Positions 36,272 through 47,154 of a DNA stretch of 64,000 nucleotides are shown here, piece by piece (the first letter of the stretch is position 1; each line of letters begins with the position of its first letter). This DNA is from Massalongia carnosa (taxonomy: Eukaryota), in the NCBI GenBank assembly GCA_965645245.1, contig OZ287069.1:2728001-2792000 (forward strand), given 5' to 3'. The translations under genes and the position numbers were made by a program. Under the pieces are notes generated by a model that searched no databases, was not told the DNA's origin, and saw only the letters and a list, made by a program, of their open reading frames with translations.

Positions 36272-38124
36272 TTAATGTCCTATTCTCGGCTGACCCGACT
36301 GCGGAATCTCCTGCTCTTTCAATGTTTCGGCACCATCAATGGTGTCCTGGACTTCTGCAGTTGACAGCATAGGTTCCCTTACCCTTCCGTCTTCCACGAG
36401 AACCTGTTCTACCTCTCCTCTCGCCTCCGCTCTCATTTTGGCGATCTTGATATAATTGTAAGCCGCGATGCTTGCAATCGTGACTAATAGGCCACTAACA
36501 TTGATAGGAGTCAATGGATCGTGGAAGACGATAGCTGCCGCAGAGATGGTAACCACTTCTTTGAAAATGCCACAGATGCTCAGAGTAACGACCGACGTTC
36601 GCTTCAGAAGAGCAAACTCAGAAGAGGTCATCAAAAAAGCGAGCACTCCGGGGAATAGAAGAATGCCAATTCCTTCTACAACCCCTTTCTCTGCTGTCAA
36701 TGATTTCAAGCCTTTGCCGAGGGGTACGAAGCCTTCCACAGGAATAGCAATAATCGCTAGGCTTAAGAACATAATAGGCGCAAGGAAAAATATACTGCTG
36801 AAAGGGTTGCTTGTTGCCGGATTTCGTAGGAGCAGGATCTGGGTAAGAGCCCAACGGAAGCCGGAGAAAAAAGCGGAGGATATTATTAGAACAAAGCCGA
36901 GCGCGTTGAATGCTGTCTCGCCAGCGACCATCATGACGACGCCCACAGTCATGGTCGCAATTATAAGAATTAACTTGAGGGAGGGGGTTTCAAGATGGAA
37001 GAGGAACGCAAAGAGTAGCACAAAGGCAAGAGCAGAGGATTTACACATAGCTAGCAAGGGGGACATAATTAGCGTAAATTTTTATATTAAAGGAAGACGG
37101 ATCCTACTGAAGAATGTGAGCGTTATGAATTTAAGGCTCATATTTCCAAGGCCAATATCTAAGCCTGTTGCAGCGCCACAAGGGCCAATCCGGGTGACGT
37201 AGAAAAGCCGAGTCATGAGAGGCTTTCCAGTTTGTATGGGATCTCTTCGGGCATGACTGTGGTTGTATGGATTGGATATACTGTCTGTTCGGGGTCGGAA
37301 CCGTGGTATAAAGAAAAGAACCATTGAAGCGAGGGAGAACTGCACCACCATGTGCATGCAGGTTGTGAAAAGGGGAAAATGGAAATCAAGGTGATCAGGC
37401 GAAAACATCCATTTGTTGTACTAATTTGTTGCATTAGTGGATACAGTTGATTAGAGTTCGCCTTTTAACTCACGATAGATATAGAGAGAGAGAAGAGGTA
37501 CCACGACGCAATAAGCAAGGCATTTATGAGTGAGGCTCGGAGTACACTTTTGCCTGCGAATTTTCCATCCTGCTTCAAATCCTCGCCAAGCCCAATAATT
37601 CTGTGATCCAACAAGGTGTTCCTCTTCCTGCTGCGCTTCCAATTTCTTTTATCTTTCTTCGTCAAACCGGCCTCTCCGTCATCAGTCAACCCATCATTTG
37701 ATGGGATAGGATGAAGCTCAACGTCTTCACTCGTTGAGCGGGAGGAGAACTCTGAACTGTCTCCTTCCGCAGAGGAATACGCCGCATTCGGATCGGACCC
37801 TTGGTGATCGCCCTTCAAACCCTTCAGCCGGCGTTGATAACGATACTTTCCACGTGCATTTCGGATGAAACTACTGCTCTCGTCTTCCCCAGTTAACAAG
37901 CCTCTTCTCCGTCTATATCCATCGGCGGAGCCGTCCATATCAGGGCTTGGAGGATGCACATGAGATGGTAGGCCGGTAGTGTCCTGACTGTTGAGACTGG
38001 ATCGAGACGAATTAGATAACGAAGAAAGGATGCTTATTGTAGGCAACGGAAAGCGATTGGTTGATTGAGTAGAGCTTTGTTCACGCTCAGGCTCGTTTTC
38101 ATAGGAATTATTAGTGGTGTCCAT
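36272..38124 (-). CDS. Triose-phosphate-translocator-family / nucleotide-sugar transporter (SLC35C2/Ymd8-like), 3 exons: 38124-37474, 37420-37108, 37050-36272
   Basis: WYLFSLSISI|YNKWMF, FPLFTT.MH, ATGLDIGLGNMSL, MCKSS, SGFRWALTQILL and VVTLSICGIFKE; many transmembrane segments. Confidence 0.92.
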
Positions 38125-38570
38125 CGAAAACTAATGAAGGCTTAGGGGTTCCGGGCCAACGATCGGAAACGAGGCCACTCAGCGATCTCATTCAGATCGC
38201 CTCTTCACATATCTTCGGTAGACGTGAAGATTATCGGTAAGCTGAGAATGAGTCGTCATTGCAGAAATCGGCCTTTGCTGTGGGTGCGCTCTCTCCTAAA
38301 TTATCTGATGAACTGGAGCAGTCGTTCATGTAAAGAGAGGTTCAACCGACCTTGCAGGGTTCTTTCTCGCACGTGCGTTGCTTACAGAGCAACTAAAGCT
38401 CGTTTAGTATTTCGTAGATGTAAACTATTCTACCCCCTAAAAATACTCTCAACACTGAGCGTGAACTGTTTTACTTTTGATATATAATCATTCGCATAAA
38501 GCACGTTGCTGCAGCGTTGACATAGAATGTGCACCAATCCTTTGAGCTTCTCGTAAACCATTCCTGCACC

Positions 38571-40447
38571 TTATGCTTGATATGTTGATGCCGACACATC
38601 ACCGCCCCTTCCTGTCCAGTTTACATGATGATTTTTCCCCTCAGGGTACTTATCATTAGCATATTCTGGCTTGATTCTGAATGTATGAGCACCAAAGTAA
38701 TCTCTTTGGGCCTGTAGGAGATTTGCTGGAAGGTCTTTTGTCCTGTACCCATCATAAAAGCTGAGCGCGGTGCTGAAAGCTGGGGTAGGAATACCCCATA
38801 GAGCGCCTTTGCTAACAATATCCCTCCAGCCTGGTTGAGCCTTGTGAATAGCCTTGTTAAAGAAGTCATCAAACAGCAGGTTTTCCAGATCCGGGTTTTT
38901 GCGATATGCAGCTGTGATGTCTTTGAGGAAGACTGAGCGAATGATGCATCCACCACGCCACATTAAAGCGATAGAAGGCTTGTTGAGTTTCCAGCGGTAC
39001 ACCTTTGCAGCCTACAAACCGAGTTAAATGGTACTAGGCTTGATCCACGTGGAAACGACTTACATTTTGTATCAACATGAAGCCTTGGCAGTAGGAGATG
39101 ATTTTTGAAGCATATAGGGCTTGTTCCAGGTTATCGATGAATTCTTTCTTATTTCCAGAGAACTCCGGTTTGGGACCGTCAAGCAGTCCAGCTGCACGGC
39201 CGCGCTCTTCTTTGATCGAGCTCAAGCATCTAGCGAAAACAGCCTCCCCGATCAGCGTTACCGGCATGCCAAGATCAAGAGCGTTAATCGCGGTCCATTT
39301 GCCGGTGCCTTTTTGGCCGGCAGAGTCGAGAATCTTCTCTACTACTGGTGTTCCATCGTCATCATTAAAGTTGAGAACGTCTCTAGTAATTTCGATGAGG
39401 AACGAATCAAGAACGCCCTTGTTCCACTTGTCGAAGACCTCAGCTATCGTTTTTACATCAAGTCCTAGACCACGTTTCAAAATATCGTATGCCTTGAGGA
39501 AAAGGTTAGTCAATCAAGGCTCTCGCTATATTATTGATCCGATTGGAGTTCCCCCTACCTCACAGATCAACTGCATATCACCATATTCAATTCCGTTATG
39601 CACCATTTTGACGTAGTGTCCTGCCCCCTCGTCACCAACCCAGTCGCAGCAGGGTTCTCCATCGCTCTTAGCGGCAATGGACTGGAATATGTCCTTAATA
39701 TATGGCCATGCCTCCTCGTTACCACCAGGCATGAGGCTAGGTCCAAGGCGAGCCCCCTCCTCTCCGCCCGAGACGCCTGTACCGACAAAGCGAATTCCCT
39801 TGCTACTGAGGTCTTTGGTTCGACGGTTTGTGTCAGGATAATGCGAGTTTCCGCCATCAATAATGATATCTCCCTTTTCCAAGAACGGAAGCAGGGCAAA
39901 GATGAAATCATCAACGGGGCGTCCTGCCATAACAAGCAGCATAACTCGTCGTGGTTTTTTTAACTTTGAGACTAGCTCCTGTATTGAATGGGCGCCAACA
40001 ATATTTTGATTCCCTTTTCCAATGCCTCAGCTTTCTTCTTTATTTCACAGGGATTTTGTTGGATATTCACAGACCTTTGGCCTCATTTGCAAGAAAACGG
40101 TCAACCTTTTCCACAGTACGATTGAAAACCGCGACGACAAATTTATGATCTGCCGCATTCAATATCAAATTCTGGCCCATTACGGCCAGGCCGATAAGGC
40201 CGAAATCAGCTCTAGGGTTGATCCGCGCTGGTCCGCCGACATTAATGCCGGCAAGACGGGCGCTGTAGTTAGTCCATTGATCTAATCAGAAAAATCATAC
40301 AGACTTGACAACACGAGTAAACTTAGTTTGACATGCCGGAGCTTTGTTGGTTCCCGCGACCAAAGAGGCGGCCGCGGTCTCAGTAAGGGAACAGCGGGGT
40401 AGCACAGATTGAAAAGGAATAAGAACTTACATTGCCTCGCTAGACAT
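38571..40447 (-). CDS. GND1: 6-phosphogluconate dehydrogenase (decarboxylating), exons 40447-40431, 40211 (or 40262)-40075, 40013-39559, 39492-39064, 39011-38571
   Basis: [64 protein letters not shown] and [11 protein letters not shown]. Confidence 0.97.
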
Positions 40448-40890
40448 TGTAGATGTTGTTCGATGAGGAAAATGTTAGAGTCAATGCCCAAGGCCGGACA
40501 ATCTAAACGAGCTGAGATGTCTGTTTTTTATTTTGATAATGACAATAGAGAAGTCAGACAGTGCCATAAAGATCAGAGGGAAAAAGGCTCATCCATCGCG
40601 GGGCATCGGTGCTTAGTCATTCGTGCTAGCAACGTGTCGGGCCGACTTAATTCCAGATCGTGATTCCCTCGCTCAACAAATTCAACCTTCAACTCAATAA
40701 GTACACCACATCCGTAGCTAATTGTTGATGTTATATCATTGCACGCTATACAAAGTAGTTATTTCTCCTATAACCGCGAAGAGCTGCAGTTCAACCTCCG
40801 CGGTGTATTTCTTCCAACCCACTGCGTTGCAGTGACGCGAGGTACGTGTCTTGTCACACTCAGATAGACCTTGTTGCGCAGCAATTCATC

Positions 40891-42171
40891 ATGTCCTACC
40901 CGCCACCTCCAGGTCTCAAAGAGCAACAAGCCCTTTCATCCTCATCAACCCCTCAACCACACTCTTCGCTTCCACCTCGTCCTCCTCCACCTGCTGGGCC
41001 ACCTCCATCATTCAAGCAGGCATTTACCCCCCCCCCAACCTTCACGTCCGGCGCCCCAGGGACAAGGAATTATGAAGGCACGCCGAAAGAGGGAGTTTTT
41101 AAAAACCTCGGTGGCTACGGCGGTGGCTTTACTGCCTTCCAACCACGCTCGGTCGCTGCAGCAAACCAGCCTTTCCGCACCCACAGTCCTGTAGTATCAG
41201 CAGCTCCCGCCCCTCCAACGGGGTTCTCGGCACCTCAAACAACATACACAAATGGCGCTTATCAAGCTCAACCTAGCTATCAACAACCTCTAATAACATC
41301 TCACTACCCTAAACCTCCTCTGGAAGACCACGCCTTCGCCGAACCCACCCCGCCCCAAATTCGCAATCCCTTTCCCCTCCCGGGCCAAGATCCGAGCGGC
41401 CTCGCGGGCCGTAACCGTGGCCTAGGCCATGGCCAAGAACCTCTTGACCCCGAAATGGAAGCCCAAATCGCGCAATGGCAAAGTGCCTACGCGGCTAAAG
41501 ACTCGGACGCATCCTCCCGCGCCCCATCTCGCTCATTTACTAAGTTCGGCGAAGGCGGTGGCACTACCGGACTCGGCGGCGTTGGCACGGGCGCCAATTC
41601 CGGTCCCCTAGGCCTCCGACCAGATACCACAGGCCCCGCCATGAGCACTTCGGCCATCACCTCGGCCGCCAACGCCGACACCGGCGTCGCGGCGGTCATA
41701 ACGGGCGCTGATGGCAAGCAGAAAACGGTAGTGCGCAGTGGTGGAGGTCAAACATGGCAGGATCCTTCATTGTTGGAGTGGGACCCTGCGCACTTCCGAC
41801 TCTTCGTTGGCAACCTGGCGGGCGAAGTAACGGATGAGTCACTGCTCAAGGCATTTGCGAAGTTCCCCTCGGTGCACAAGGCGCGTGTGGTGCGCGACAA
41901 GCGAACCACCAAGAGCAAAGGCTACGGCTTTGTCAGCTTCGTTGACGGTGAGGAGTATTTCCAGGCGGCGCGGGATATGCAGGGTAAGTATATTGGGAGC
42001 CATCCCGTGCTGCTCCGGAAATCGACCACAGAGATTAGGCCTACAGTACCGCAGGATCGGAAAAAGGGAAAGGGCGGGAAGGGAGGGGCACATGGGGGTG
42101 GGGGGAAAGGGAGTGGAGGGGTTCAGAAGAAGCAAGGGAAGACGAAAGGAGGGTTGAAGGTTTTAGGATGA
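40891..42171 (+). CDS. RBM42: RRM RNA-binding protein, RBM42-like
   Basis: Pro-rich N-terminus, then VRSGGGQTWQDPSLLEWDPAHFRLFVGNLAGEVTD...KSKGYGFVSF...GKYIGSHPVLLRKS. Confidence 0.88.
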   Translation: MSYPPPPGLKEQQALSSSSTPQPHSSLPPRPPPPAGPPPSFKQAFTPPPTFTSGAPGTRNYEGTPKEGVFKNLGGYGGGFTAFQPRSVAAANQPFRTHSPVVSAAPAPPTGFSAPQTTYTNGAYQAQPSYQQPLITSHYPKPPLEDHAFAEPTPPQIRNPFPLPGQDPSGLAGRNRGLGHGQEPLDPEMEAQIAQWQSAYAAKDSDASSRAPSRSFTKFGEGGGTTGLGGVGTGANSGPLGLRPDTTGPAMSTSAITSAANADTGVAAVITGADGKQKTVVRSGGGQTWQDPSLLEWDPAHFRLFVGNLAGEVTDESLLKAFAKFPSVHKARVVRDKRTTKSKGYGFVSFVDGEEYFQAARDMQGKYIGSHPVLLRKSTTEIRPTVPQDRKKGKGGKGGAHGGGGKGSGGVQKKQGKTKGGLKVLG

Positions 42172-42754
42172 TGGAGAGTTGGGCGGCAGGGTTGTGGTTT
42201 AACTGTTTTTCCCCTAGGTTTCCTCCGAAAGGAGTTGTAAGGTTGGAAAGAAAGAAATTCTAGTAGAGGACAATTTCTACAAAGCTTTTCAACCCCTCCA
42301 TAACGTATTGACGACGATGGAAAAGAAACATGATGATTTGCCCATGTTCTAAAGGATGATCTAGCTCATTTGAGACTCACGAATCATTTATTCCACCTAC
42401 AACTAGAAGGGGGGGAACCATCAGCCAGATCTCGAACGAAAGCAAAAGGGCGCGCTAAATGAATCACATAATCAGGTGGACAACATTCAACCAAAACCTT
42501 CACGCTCGTCGGAGCGTTTCATTCCCATGGCGACAACCCACTACTTCTCAAAAAGGGTCATCCGTTCAAAATACCTACCTTATCCTCTCAGTCACCGCTC
42601 CCGAAAAGATCCGCAAAAGTCCCAGATAGCCCCACGCTATATTCAATGATGCTCCTGCATGCCCCATTTCTTGTCATTTTCTTCTTCGTGGTGGAAGAAG
42701 AAGAGCTTCGCCTTTACTCTCTCCCTTATCATCTACCCGTTCAGCTCTCGTGCA

Positions 42755-45565
42755 TTAAGCCACATAACGATACGCCGGCCGCTCGACATCCTCGACGCGT
42801 TCGAGATATTCTCGCTCAATTAGGCTTTCAATGCGCTTCTTCACCATATTTACATCCGGGAGGAAGCGGGCCGTAAGTTGCTGAATGACTTCTGTGATAA
42901 GATTCGGGTGAGAGAGTTCTTTACGTTGCCTAAGAAGAACAAGGCATGCTTAGCATTTTGTATCATTTCTCCTCATACGTATGGAAAGGATACTACGGCA
43001 CGGCAACTTACTTCATGATTCGTACAATCGCGGCTTCGATCGTCCCGCCTCTGGTATCATTGTTTTTCTTCTCCGTCTCCTTTCGTTCGTCCAGGTCCTC
43101 AACCTTGTTCCCACTGGTCACAACGCCAATTTTGATTCGCTGGAATTGACTAAAAAAGCTCTCGTTGAAAAGAAATCTGTCATCATTCCTGACATCCTTG
43201 CTCATTGGCTCCTTGATCAGGATCCGTGTTTTCGGCGCCACAGCCAGAGATTGAAGGTTCCGCGTTAGCTCATTGAAAGGAATATTTGTTTTCGCCTGAA
43301 TCTCTTCGCACGTATACGACCTGCCATGAGGAAGATCATTGAATAGCAATAAAATAACCATAGCGTAGGTAGAGACGTTAAGCTCCCTGGTCTTTTTGCC
43401 TTTCATCTCCTGAAAGTGAGCACGGAGATCTGCTGTGCCCATGTTCGCCTGCCACGTGAGCTGCCGACCGCTGTGCTTATCTAGGTAGAATTTCTCGAAC
43501 CCTTGCTTGATTCTGTCAATCTGAGGCGGAAAGATGCAAGTAGGTCTAGTTTCCCCATCTCTATATGACGGGGTCATAGTTTCTAGCGGCCACATTGTGC
43601 TTGTCAATACATTGACTTCTAATTCGGCTCTCTTCGGATCTGGATCACCCAATCGGGTAACATGCTTCTTATAGTTGGAGCTCAAATCCTCGGAAACAGC
43701 AACGTCTTTGAACATAGCTTCGATCTTCTGAGTAAAAGTATTTCCAACCGTCATCTTCATCTTTGAAATCATTTGTCGCTCGGCATCCATGCTGACGGAT
43801 CGCTTCATGAGTAAGCGTCGTGAGAGATGTTTCTTGTAATATCGTTCAAACATGTCCTTGTCTTGAACGTACCGCAACAGAATGATACCTTTGTCTAGCA
43901 ACGCATCAACCTCATACTCAGTCTTGCCCTTCACACCCTTCTTCATATTCTCGTCAAAGAAGAGCGATAAAAATTCCGAGCTTCTGGTGAATGCATTGAT
44001 GAAATCCGTGAAACTTCGTGAGAACGCAGTCTGTAGGCCTTGATCAGACTGGAATGCGATGGCCAGCACGTTATCATATTTTTCCTTTAGCTGGAGCACA
44101 TCATCAACCCATTTGATCGCTGCGACTGTCTGTTGGCTAATTGGCTTATCAGCAGGAGCTTTACTTTCTCCTTCGCCTTTGTCTTCAGTTGGCTTTGCGG
44201 GCGGAGCGGCGGGAATGCTACTCGCAGCATTGTTGATCTCATTTCCCAACTCAACAATGCGCTGAGATACTGCTTGTTTCAACTCCTCCTTTTTAGGATC
44301 TACTCTTGATATCAGGTCATATATCATCTCCAGCTCATTCAGTCGATCATTATCGAGCATGTATTTGACCCCACTCCCTTCCAGAGCTATCACTTCTCGT
44401 ATATTTTTCTTAATGAACTGATTTTCAACAACAGCTTTGATCTTTGGTAAAGTGAGCATTGATAACGTTGATCTGCAGCGATCCTGCTCCTCGTTTGCCC
44501 TTTTTTTGGCATGCCTGCAGAAGGTGCCAGCATTCGCTTCTGCAAGTATTGATGCGCCTTCAGATTGATAGAAGGCTTCGCTTGCAGCGAGGTATGCTGG
44601 CTCAAAGCTGGTGAGATATAACTTTGTAGCCTCATCGTCTCCAGTTTCGTAGAGGCCTTCTAGCATGTATATGCACGACCGAATGAGAGACGTGTCGATG
44701 AAATCTCCTTCTCGTTCCATCCGAATCTGATCTAGTATTACTGAGTTTAACACCATAGCAATTGTCGCATCACTGTGGGACGGGATTACTGCTCGGAGAA
44801 CGAAGTCACGGAACTGGCCCATTGAGGCGATAAACAGGGAAGGTTTTCGATTATCTTCACAGTAGACTCGTTCCTGCGTTCATCCCCTCCCATAAGCTGC
44901 AAATCCATGAAAACTCCTCAATCCTTATGAAACATACTTGCAGCACTTACCATATACATCAGCACATCTGCTGTCATGTTCATGCATAGAACGTGATCTT
45001 CCCAAGCTTGTTTGAGAGCTCTCAGCAGCATTTCCCCGGCCATTCTCTTCTCAATCGCTGTCGTCTTATCCGCCGTGCCATAATTGACTAAAAGGCTTGT
45101 AGAGAGCAATTCCAGTATCCGAGGCCGTACGGTGTTATCAAGCCAGTCTTCTTCAAACGCTTTAACTCTGTTATAGAGCGGCTCACCCTTCTTCTTTAAC
45201 ACGAGCTTATAGGCGTTACGATAAAGCTCTTCAAAAGAGAGCCTCGATGCGTTCTTCGTGTGTATTTCGCGCAGTGAGGATGCGAGGATCGTCCACATGG
45301 ACTCAAAATCAACGGCGTCATTGCCCCCTAGATTCTTTGAACAACGAGCGTAGGATTTAGCGAGTATTGCAGCACAGCCGATCAAAAATTGGATATGGAG
45401 CGTCAACCATGAAGATTCTAAGCGGCCACAGTGATACGTTGCGTATAGCACGTGTATGGTGTAGAGCGGGGGATTCGAAGCACACGCTTAGGACGAACAC
45501 TTCAGGACTTCACTCACTCGTCTTGGAGGTCTGATCTTTCCCCGTCCCCGTCCAGAAATCATCAT
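42755..45565 (-). CDS. CUL3: Cullin-3, 4 exons: 45565-45518, 45334-44951, 44873-43012, 42929-42755
   Basis: LSFEELYRNAYKLVLKK, DVLMYM|ERVY, DKDMFERYYKKHLSRRLL, neddylation region IEAAIVRIMKQRK and KKRIESLIEREYLER. Confidence 0.96.
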
Positions 45566-46020
45566 GGGCGGTCTAGCGCCTTTCACTATCCTGCCGTTTC
45601 GCATTCATATGTTGGTACTAATCTAAGAAAAGCAACGTCTAGCTACTCCAGTAAAGCTTGGAGCGCTATGGTAGCCGTGCTCACTAGCTGGCAGAAAGCT
45701 TACAAAGTTCAAGCAAAATGAAACTTAGAAAGGGGATGTAACGTAGTTACAAAGTAGGCACATGCAAACTTCAAAGGCAGGAATGGGTTTGAGCGTGTAC
45801 TCGGGAGGTCGCTTGCGGTTAGAATGTTGAAAGTGAAGCAGCTGCAGAAGGCCGTTCCTAGCGGGCCATAACAAATAAGAGCCGCAACCTTAAATCCCAT
45901 GCTTAAAGTTTTTCTTTTTTACATCCCGAGTATCCTCAACCCGTCGATTGATGCTGGACGCAACAACCAAGGCTTTTCTTTCAAAGCAAAGTAGTTGGAA
46001 ACAGAAAAAACCGATTCCTC

Positions 46021-46843
46021 ATGAAGACTTTCCAACCGTTGAGGCTCCTCAGCCGCCAGTTACGCCTCTCTCCCTCGTGCTCCTCCAGCCTCTGCTCCTC
46101 CAACGCCCCTTCCCTCCGCCGCCCTCCTTTCGCCCTCATTCTACAGGCGCCCGCCCTCCCCTTTCAATCTCGACAAAACTCTACAACATCTAACCCACCC
46201 GTCGACCCTCCAAAACTAAACTACTTTGCCTCTCAGCCGTCTAACAATGAATCGTCTCCGAAGCCCTCAAAGCCGGAGCCCTTCATGAGTTTTATTGCTG
46301 GAACCAATACACGGCCGGAATACCAAATCACCTTTACCTGCAAACCCTGCAAGCATCGTTCCTCACACTCGATGTCAAAGCACGGCTTCCACAACGGCAC
46401 CGTGTTGATCACGTGCCCGCAGTGCAAGAACCGTCATGTCATCAGCGATCATTTGAAGGCTCGTTTCCCTCTTTTGTCTCCTCTCCTCTCCTGTTCGTCC
46501 GTCCCAATCGTCGGCAACCGAGATATAGCTCTTGTCAAACACAACAAACCATCGCCCAATCCACCAACTACCCATCGTCACGCCCCTTTCCCTTTATCTC
46601 CAACCAACCCCCCAAAACCTGGCCGCGCTAACGCATGCCAAACCGCAGATCTTCGCCGATCTCTCCTTCACTGTCGAAGACCTTATGCGGGACAAGGGCG
46701 AGCTCGTCAAGCGCGGCAGCATCACCGAGAAAGGTGACGTTGAGTTCTGGACCGATGAGAGCGAGCAGCGGCCAAAGACGGTGCAGGACAGCCGTCGGCT
46801 ATTGCCGAAGAACTATATACGCGACGATTTGAGTCTTGATTGA
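46021..46843 (+). CDS. ZIM17: Mitochondrial DNL zinc-finger protein Zim17/Tim15, 2 exons: 46021-46458, 46649-46843
   Basis: Presequence-like N-terminus, then [47 protein letters not shown]. Confidence 0.9.
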
Positions 46844-47154
46844 TGAATTGTGGGGGTCGAAGAGGGTGGGGGGTTGTATAATTATAGTGTGAAATGTATG
46901 ATTTCGGATGAATGCCGCCGCGATGCGAGATGGTTGAGATAAGGTGAAGGGGGATGATAGCTGCGTCTAGGCATAGGTCTAAGTTTATCTTAGAGCTGTT
47001 TGTGAAACCTTGGCAAATACAACCCCGCTTCATGCTCATTCGCCGGGTTGTTCCCCTTTCATTATTTCAATATCAACTAACCCCCTATATCATTCCCTTT
47101 ACCCAATGAAACCTGCATGCACCTATTCCTCCATTACACTCCCTTCCCCCCACC

